Assembly: GCA_011526105.1 (NCBI GenBank)
Contig: WYAZ01000034.1
Coordinates: forward strand, 1 to 64,000
Direction: 5' to 3'
Length of the DNA: 64,000 bases
DNA from: Deltaproteobacteria bacterium
Lineage (GTDB): Bacteria; Myxococcota; Kuafuiibacteriia; Kuafuiibacteriales; Kuafuiibacteriaceae
In this document: piece after piece, positions 57,789 to 64,000 of the stretch
Numbering within the stretch: the first letter of the stretch is position 1
Layout of the letters: each line of letters begins with the position of its first letter
Position numbers and translations under genes: made by a program
Notes under the pieces: generated by a model
Told to the model about the DNA's origin: nothing
Database searches by the model: none
What the model saw: the letters and a program-made list of their open reading frames with translations, nothing else

Positions 57789-60398
57789 CTACTTTCGCGG
57801 TCGCAGTCCGGTCAGACGTTGCAGATAGCGACTCGCCGCGATCGCGGTGGTGGCCGTGTGCGTGGATGGAGTCATGAACGGCCGACGCGCCTGCCGGAGC
57901 TCCGGGTCGGCGGGTGCGCGAGGCTCGAGAAAGGTGTCGCTTGCGTAGATGGCCGCGAGGACCTCGAGGTGCCCGTCGAGCGTAGAGATCTCATCGGGTC
58001 GATCACCCGCGGTTCCGCAAGTTGGACAAAAGCGGCTGAGCTCGGAGATGTCGAAGATCTCCGAGGGTAGCCGACGCCTGGGCGCAAAGATGGCGGTCTG
58101 ATACTCCATGAGCGGCTGGTCATCGGTGACGAGCGGCGCAGCCTGCGTCGCCCGCCGAAGGGCCGCCGGACCGCCCGCGAAGGTGCCGATGAGCTCCGAG
58201 GCAGTACCGAGGTAGTTGGCCTCCAAATCGGCCGCGACTGCCGGCCTCGCCGAGATGAGCCTCTTTAAACGGTCGAAGTCCACCCGAGTCGGCTCGCCCT
58301 TCACGCCCACGAGAATCAGCTCCGCCCGGTCACCCGAGAGCAGCACCGCCTCTGGGAATACAGCGAGGAAGGTCGCGATGACCGAGCGCGCCATGGACTC
58401 TGTGAGTTGATAGATCGGAAGCCACTGCGTGAACCAACCACCGGGCCGGAGCGAGCGCTCCACGATCTGATAGAACTCGAGCGAGTACAACGCGGCCACG
58501 CCGGCGTGGCCGAGCGGCGGCGGCTCGGCGGTCACGAGGTCGTAGCTGCCGGGCTCACTCATGCGAAGGTGCTGGCGACCGTCATTCACGAACACCCGCA
58601 CCTTCGGGTCCATGAGTGCGCCGTGATTGGTGGCGGAGAAGTGATGCCCAAACTTCAGGATGTCTTCGGAAAGGTCAATGACCTCGATCGTTTCGAGTGG
58701 ATGCAAGCTCGCCGCGTGCAGCGTGTTACCAACCCCGAAGCAAATGACCGCCGCCTTCGAAGCTGCCTCCATCTGAAGGAGTGGAAGGTGCGCAAAGAGC
58801 CGCATGTAGCGCTGGCCACCCCACGAGGTGCCGGACATCGAAAAACCGTTGGTGAGGAGCCGCCGTCCGCTGTTTGGATGCTCGGTCACGATGATCGTCT
58901 CGGTGGTGCCCTCGCGCACCGCCACGACCTGACTTCCGGCGAGGCGGCTCGGAATCGTTCGAAGGAGAAGGGTGTCAGACGGGAGACTCGCGAAGAACCC
59001 AAAGACGAGGAACACCGGAACCGCCGCCGCGGACCACGGCACGATCCGAACCCGAGGGTCCACGCCCGCCCTGTCGTCCTCACCGCGTACCACGAGCAGG
59101 ATTCCGATCGCACCGACGGACAAAGCCGCGAGAGCAATGGCGGTGTGCTGCAGACCGAGCCACGGCAAGAGCACGAAGCCCGCGACTAAGGACCCGAGTG
59201 CCGCCCCGACACTGTTCGCGAGATACAGGGTACCGGCGCGGCGGCCGACGGAACCCAAGGCGCGTTGCGCGGCCGCGTTGGCGAGCGGAAAGCTCGCACC
59301 CATGGCGGCCGACGGGAGCACCACCGCCCAGAGCATGGGCTTCCAGATGAGTTCCAGGCCGAGGATGCGCCAGGTCCAGGTCGCCTCCACCGAGACGACC
59401 TCTCGAAGCGCCGCGTCCTGGGCGTGGATGTCTGCCGAACCCACGAAGTAAAGTCCCCCCAGCGCCGACGCAACAAAGAGCATTTGGAGCCCGGCGTAGG
59501 CTGCTCTGGGGGATGCACCTCGAGCCAGAAGACCACTTGCGACCGCGGTTCCGATCCACATGCTGATCAGCATCGTCGCGAGAAGGAGCGAGAAGACGAG
59601 GCGCTGAGAGCCGAGCAGAGAGGACAGATGCCGAAACCAGAGCATCTCCATTCCCATGGAGACAAAGCCGGTGGTCGCGAGCACGACGGCCATCGCGATG
59701 AGCACCCGAGGCGACTTGGACTCGACCTCGGTGTGCTTGTCGATCTCGGGTCTCGCGGAGCCGCGCGAGACCAGAAGGAGCGCGCCGAGCCCCGCAACGA
59801 CGTTGAGCCCGGCCGCGATCAGCTGGGTCTGAAAGAGCCCTACCGCCGGCACGAGCCACAGGTCGGTGAGCAGAGCACCGATGGCTGCCCCCAGGGTGTT
59901 GGCGCCGTACAGCGCCGCAACGTCTCGCCCGGCCTCGGCGCCGGTAGCGCGGACGCGGTGCCGAATGAGGAGCGTCAAGGTGCCACCCATGATGAGCGTG
60001 ATGGGAAGCAACAACACCGTAGCGAGCAGATAGCGCAGCAGAGACGAACCCGCCGAGAGCCGATGCCAAGCATCGCTTCCCACCGAGTAGGTGGCGCTCT
60101 CGGTGAAGACCGGCCCAAAGAGCGGCAACACGATCGCGGCCAAGAGGGCCAAGGCGGCGATCAGGAGCTCCGAGATCGAATAGGCGCGGAGCGACCATCC
60201 GGGTCGGACGAGGAACCGGCGGTCCGCGAGTGTCCCCGCAATGCGGCTTCCGAGCCCGAGCCCGAGCATGAAGAGCGCGGTGACCAAGGAGGCGGAGTGC
60301 ACCGTGCTGCCAAAGTGAATGCCGAGTTCGCGCACCCAGATGACTTGGTAGATGAGCCCGCTCGCGCCCGAGAGGCAGAAGACCAGGAGCAGAGGCAT
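57789..60398 (-). CDS. Fused polytopic membrane domain / spermidine-synthase-like (polyamine aminopropyltransferase) protein
   Basis: About 500-aa N-terminal multi-TM domain, followed by an aminopropyltransferase fold (VICFGVGNTL...VIDLSEDI...DGRQHL...YDLVTAEPPPLGHAGVAALYSLEFY). Confidence 0.8.
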   Translation of the reverse strand: MPLLLVFCLSGASGLIYQVIWVRELGIHFGSTVHSASLVTALFMLGLGLGSRIAGTLADRRFLVRPGWSLRAYSISELLIAALALLAAIVLPLFGPVFTESATYSVGSDAWHRLSAGSSLLRYLLATVLLLPITLIMGGTLTLLIRHRVRATGAEAGRDVAALYGANTLGAAIGALLTDLWLVPAVGLFQTQLIAAGLNVVAGLGALLLVSRGSARPEIDKHTEVESKSPRVLIAMAVVLATTGFVSMGMEMLWFRHLSSLLGSQRLVFSLLLATMLISMWIGTAVASGLLARGASPRAAYAGLQMLFVASALGGLYFVGSADIHAQDAALREVVSVEATWTWRILGLELIWKPMLWAVVLPSAAMGASFPLANAAAQRALGSVGRRAGTLYLANSVGAALGSLVAGFVLLPWLGLQHTAIALAALSVGAIGILLVVRGEDDRAGVDPRVRIVPWSAAAVPVFLVFGFFASLPSDTLLLRTIPSRLAGSQVVAVREGTTETIIVTEHPNSGRRLLTNGFSMSGTSWGGQRYMRLFAHLPLLQMEAASKAAVICFGVGNTLHAASLHPLETIEVIDLSEDILKFGHHFSATNHGALMDPKVRVFVNDGRQHLRMSEPGSYDLVTAEPPPLGHAGVAALYSLEFYQIVERSLRPGGWFTQWLPIYQLTESMARSVIATFLAVFPEAVLLSGDRAELILVGVKGEPTRVDFDRLKRLISARPAVAADLEANYLGTASELIGTFAGGPAALRRATQAAPLVTDDQPLMEYQTAIFAPRRRLPSEIFDISELSRFCPTCGTAGDRPDEISTLDGHLEVLAAIYASDTFLEPRAPADPELRQARRPFMTPSTHTATTAIAASRYLQRLTGLRPRK

Positions 60399-60587
60399 CA
60401 GAGCGACCCATAGCAGGGAGCAATTCGACCGGCCAGCCTGCGCCTTGCGCGGCCTGGCTCACGGCCTGGAAAGACCGCGCGTGCTTCGACTGCGCATTGC
60501 CAGGACGGCCAGCCTGGGGTATCGCAGAGTGATGCCCCCTGACCGATGCTCGCGATCCACACGGGCGAATCGTCGCGATCCGAGGTG

Positions 60588-63032
60588 ATGAGCGAGGGCA
60601 ATCGAGTGGACTCGGGCAAAAAACAGACATCGCTCTGGCCGCTCGCTCTGATTGTCTTGGCCTCCCTGAGCTACGTCTTCGGCGCCGCCCTTAGTCCCGA
60701 CGAGGTCCTTTACAAACGAGATCACTCCGTCGCCTTTCGTGGGCTGCTGCATGAAGTCGTGGAGGCCCTTTCAAACGGGTACTTCCCTGCATGGCATCCG
60801 TTCCGCGGTGGTGGGGAGCCGCTCGCCGCCTACCCGAACGCCATGGCCTGGAGCCCGCTGCTCGCCGCTTTCGCGCTGCCCGGCACCTTCGACACCCTCT
60901 ACGACGTGTTCGTGATTCTCCACTTCGCGGTGGCCGGGCTCGGAGTCGCGTTTCTCGCCCGACAGCTCCGCATGGCGCCCGTCCCTTGCCTGATGGCTGG
61001 GCTCCTCTACGCCATCAGCGGACCACTGCTCTCACTCAACAACCTGCTACCCAACCTCCACACTGCGGTGTTCGGACCTTGGGCGCTCGGGTTCTGCGCG
61101 AGGCTCCTCGTGCGGAAGGATCTGGGGAGCTTCCTGCTTGCCAGCGCCAGCATCGGCCTGCACGCAGCACTGACCGACCCCGCATACCTCACCTGCTCGG
61201 CTTTCATCTTCCTCGGGATCTTCGGACCCACCGCGTTCGCAGAGAAGAGCAGCGCGTCCGCAAGGAACGGGGTGCGTGTGCTCGCAGCGGGGTTGTTTGG
61301 CGCCGCACTGATCGCCCTGCCTGCGCTGATGACGCTGGACCTCCTCCGCGACACGCCGCGCGGCGACGGATTCCGCTACAGCCTCCTCTCGCACTTCTCG
61401 CTGCGGCCGATGCGCATGGCCGAGTTCATTGTGCCTCGACTCTCGGGATCCTCTACCGTGAGTTGGCTGGCCGATCAGTTTCGGGTCACCGGGCCGAGGC
61501 TCTACCTCGACTCCGTCTATCTCGGGGTGAGCGCGCTGCCTCTGTTCGTGCTCGGAGCGCGCCTCCGCCGAAGCCGACCTTGGGTGCTCCTGTGGTTCCT
61601 CTTTCTGCTCTTGATGCTGGGTCACAACACCTTCGTGCACGAGCTCTTTGTTCGGTCCGTGCCCGGGCTCCAGATGTCGCGCTTCCCGATCAAGTTCTCG
61701 TACGGTCTCGCGGTCTGCACGAGCCTGCTCGGGGGCTTTGCGCTCGACGCGCTCCTTCGCGGAGAGATTTCCGAGCGAGCTCAGCGAGTGGGGGCCGGCG
61801 TGAGTCTCCTCGTGTTTGGGGCGGCGGTGTTCGTCGTGCGCGTCTTTGGTCTCGGACGCCTCTCTCCGGAGGTCAGCCCTTTGCCTCCAGATCGGGTGGA
61901 GACGCTCATCGAGCTCGGGCTCTCACATGCTTTGCTCTTTGGGCTTCTGACCGCCTTGCTCTTGTTCCTCTGGACGCGAATCCCGACGCGGTGGGCCGTC
62001 GCCCTGCTCTTCGCGCTCGTCGGAGCCGACCTCGCGCTCCAGGGTCAACCGTTCCTGCCGACCGCGCCCCTAGACCTCTACACACGCCCGCCGATCGCGA
62101 GCTCGGTGCTCGCCGACGAGACCTATCCGGTCGTCTTCCTGAGCGACGAGCACAAGCTCCCTCCGAAGATCGAGAATCCGGACGAGGTCGATCACATCCG
62201 CTATGACGGAGAGCGCCTGGACCCCGCCACCGCCCCCCTGGTAGGCATTCAACACCTCTTCGACACCGACCTGAGCTCCAACCGCTCCAAAGAGTGGGGC
62301 GCCCTGCACGACGTCGTCATGCGCGCAAAGGCCCCCACTCGTCTGGCGATCCTTGGGCGGCTGGGCGTGAGCCACCTGCTCATCGACACCGAGGCGGATA
62401 CGCTGCCGGGACTTCTGCTCGTCGGGCGCGCACCCACGACCGGCGGTGAGTCCGTTGCTGCATTTCGGCTGCTTCGTCGCCGCTCCTTCGCTGAGTGGGT
62501 GCCGGCCGCTCGCATTGCGAGCACGTGGCCGGAGGTTCTCGCTACGCTCAGCTCGACTACGACGTCCCTCGATCTGGCGGTGATCGATGAGCGCGTAGAG
62601 AGCGGCGCGGCCGGAGCGTTGACCGCGACCTCGGCTTTCACCCGGCGCGCGTTGGCGGTGCGCGAGGCCCGGGCCGGGCTTATCGAGGTCCAAGTGGACG
62701 CTGAAGCGCCTGGTCTCGTCGTCGTCGCTCAAAGCTACGATCGCGGATGGCGCGCTCTCGTCGACGACACCCCCACCCCGGTTCTCCGGGTCGAGGGACT
62801 GCGAGTCGGAGTCGTGGTTCCAGCCGGAGCCTCGCGCTTGAAGCTCGACTACGAGCCCCCTTTGCTGAAGCTGGGTACCGGTCTGTCGCTCGCGGCGGGG
62901 CTCGTCTGGCTCGGGCTGCTGATCCTCTCGTTGCTGCGTCTTCTTCGCACCAAACCCGCGAGGACCATGCCAACCGAGAGCACGAAAGAGACCATCGACA
63001 GCGGAAGCCAGGCGCGAAAGAGCGACGCGTAA
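60588..63032 (+). CDS. YfhO-family polytopic membrane protein (putative glycosyl/lipid transferase)
   Basis: About 13 TM helices across 450 aa, then a large extracytoplasmic domain and a final C-terminal TM (LSLAAGLVWLGLLILSLLRLL), which is the YfhO architecture. ATG at 60588 preferred over the track start. Confidence 0.7.
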   Translation: MSEGNRVDSGKKQTSLWPLALIVLASLSYVFGAALSPDEVLYKRDHSVAFRGLLHEVVEALSNGYFPAWHPFRGGGEPLAAYPNAMAWSPLLAAFALPGTFDTLYDVFVILHFAVAGLGVAFLARQLRMAPVPCLMAGLLYAISGPLLSLNNLLPNLHTAVFGPWALGFCARLLVRKDLGSFLLASASIGLHAALTDPAYLTCSAFIFLGIFGPTAFAEKSSASARNGVRVLAAGLFGAALIALPALMTLDLLRDTPRGDGFRYSLLSHFSLRPMRMAEFIVPRLSGSSTVSWLADQFRVTGPRLYLDSVYLGVSALPLFVLGARLRRSRPWVLLWFLFLLLMLGHNTFVHELFVRSVPGLQMSRFPIKFSYGLAVCTSLLGGFALDALLRGEISERAQRVGAGVSLLVFGAAVFVVRVFGLGRLSPEVSPLPPDRVETLIELGLSHALLFGLLTALLLFLWTRIPTRWAVALLFALVGADLALQGQPFLPTAPLDLYTRPPIASSVLADETYPVVFLSDEHKLPPKIENPDEVDHIRYDGERLDPATAPLVGIQHLFDTDLSSNRSKEWGALHDVVMRAKAPTRLAILGRLGVSHLLIDTEADTLPGLLLVGRAPTTGGESVAAFRLLRRRSFAEWVPAARIASTWPEVLATLSSTTTSLDLAVIDERVESGAAGALTATSAFTRRALAVREARAGLIEVQVDAEAPGLVVVAQSYDRGWRALVDDTPTPVLRVEGLRVGVVVPAGASRLKLDYEPPLLKLGTGLSLAAGLVWLGLLILSLLRLLRTKPARTMPTESTKETIDSGSQARKSDA

Positions 63033-64000
63033 CGGAATCGAACCCGATGTTCACCCGGTGGAACGAACGCCGCCAAGTACCCGGCCTCCGCGTTTAGGAC
63101 CTCGGTCTCCGCTCCGTCGACCTCCACTTCCCACCGGCTCCGGTGGACCTCCTGTACAACCACGAGCGCTCTGCAGCTCGTGCGCACCTCTAGTTCGATG
63201 ACCTCGGCGGACCTCACGCTCGTGGCTCGCGCGCTCGGTATGCAGCCCTCCGATGACTCGGCGGGGACGGCCTCGGGAACGTCCCAGAGCAGCGCGCTCT
63301 TCGCCGCGGGCGGCTCAGTCAGCCACGACAGAGCCTGAGTCGAGCTGGAGCTCAACTGGTTCCATGACGGAAAGGCCGAGACCCTAGGCCTGGCAGAAGA
63401 GATCTCGTAGACAGAGATGCGACGGCCCCCGACGTCGCTTGCCTCTGCCAGGCGAGGCCAGGCTAGATCGACGGTGGTGATCATTCGTGAGACCCCAGCC
63501 CGCCGCAAGAGTGCGTGGAGTTCATCGGGACGGAGACCTTCCAGCGCACCTTGATAGAGCCGTTGAACGCGGTTGGATCCCAGTCCCTCGAGTTCGATGG
63601 AAGCAAGCGCCCTGAACTGAGCCCACGCAAGATGCCCCAGCGACCCGCGGGCATGGACCGCGGACTCGAAGGGGGTCTGTCCCGGGCGGGTGGGGACCGG
63701 AGGCACGGCACCCGGGAACACGCGCGTGCCGAGGCCCGAGACCGCGCTCTCGAGCGCGGGCGGCATCCGCTCCGCCGAGACTGGCGCGGTCATGATCGCG
63801 AAGTGAGCGCCCACCAACAGATCGAACATCAGCGTGGTCACCAGAGCCGGACCCAGCCAGGGTGACCCTCGCAGCCGAGGGGTCGCGAGGAGCGCCACCA
63901 GGACCGCAGAAAAGCCCAGCGCCGGCCAGACTCGGGCGCGGATGGCGGTCAGCGCCATCTGGACCGGATCGCCATCTCGAAAGTACTCGAAGACGAGCTT
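62849..64000 (-). CDS. Second YfhO-like membrane protein, 3' portion only (gene continues beyond the window end)
   Basis: The reading frame stays open to 64000. The C-terminal architecture (extracytoplasmic domain, terminal TM MVSFVLSVGMVLAGLV and a basic tail) parallels the neighbouring gene. Confidence 0.5.
   Translation of the reverse strand, partial: KLVFEYFRDGDPVQMALTAIRARVWPALGFSAVLVALLATPRLRGSPWLGPALVTTLMFDLLVGAHFAIMTAPVSAERMPPALESAVSGLGTRVFPGAVPPVPTRPGQTPFESAVHARGSLGHLAWAQFRALASIELEGLGSNRVQRLYQGALEGLRPDELHALLRRAGVSRMITTVDLAWPRLAEASDVGGRRISVYEISSARPRVSAFPSWNQLSSSSTQALSWLTEPPAAKSALLWDVPEAVPAESSEGCIPSARATSVRSAEVIELEVRTSCRALVVVQEVHRSRWEVEVDGAETEVLNAEAGYLAAFVPPGEHRVRFRYASLFRAWLPLSMVSFVLSVGMVLAGLVRRRRSNERISSPSQTSPAASDRPVPSFSKGGS

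Noticed and set aside
60421-60587. Short direct repeat ggccagcctg (x2) in the divergent promoter region between the spermidine-synthase-fused gene and yfhO
   Set aside because: Only 10 nt and GC-rich. It could be chance, so it is mentioned only in context

Overview
This 64 kb window has about 70% GC and is densely coding on both strands. It carries a MYXO-CTERM sorting signal, MopE-like Cys-rich repeats, a eukaryotic-like Ser/Thr kinase and an ECF sigma/anti-sigma pair, so it most likely comes from a Myxococcota (myxobacterial) chromosome. That taxonomic call is an inference, not a database hit. The ORF track accepts GTG/TTG starts, and the many long antisense ORFs are GC-artefacts.

Recognisable genes include:
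- a secreted PHP phosphoesterase operon
- an aldo/keto reductase
- a CDP-alcohol phosphatidyltransferase
- an OPA-family MFS transporter
- a triple-FKBP lipoprotein
- a 5'-3' exonuclease
- a REC-HEAT response regulator
- nqrBCDEF without nqrA
- a CBS protein and a c-type cytochrome
- an ECF sigma, FecR anti-sigma and TolB-like lipoprotein module
- an ABC-F ATPase
- a beta-class N6-adenine methyltransferase
- icd, yggT and a fatty-acid-hydroxylase/sterol-desaturase family protein
- a hotdog thioesterase and a deoxynucleoside kinase
- a fused membrane/spermidine-synthase protein
- two YfhO-family membrane proteins

Two regions stand out. The first is a three-gene minus-strand operon at 18782-27016: an NfeD/YqiJ-like membrane protein, a 682-aa flotillin (SPFH), and a roughly 1767-aa protein. 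That giant protein combines a beta-rich N-domain, about 800 aa of coiled coil and an AAA_5/MoxR-McrB-like P-loop core. I cannot assign it to a characterised system, so I flag it as the candidate undescribed module.

The second is a clean 1.1 kb island of about 48-50% GC (44050-45160). It encodes a Bacteroidota-like GT9 heptosyltransferase with no Shine-Dalgarno sequence. It is bracketed by two same-strand, degraded ISAs1-family transposase remnants that share a roughly 65 bp direct repeat, which points to IS-mediated horizontal acquisition.

No rRNA, tRNA or CRISPR features were found.
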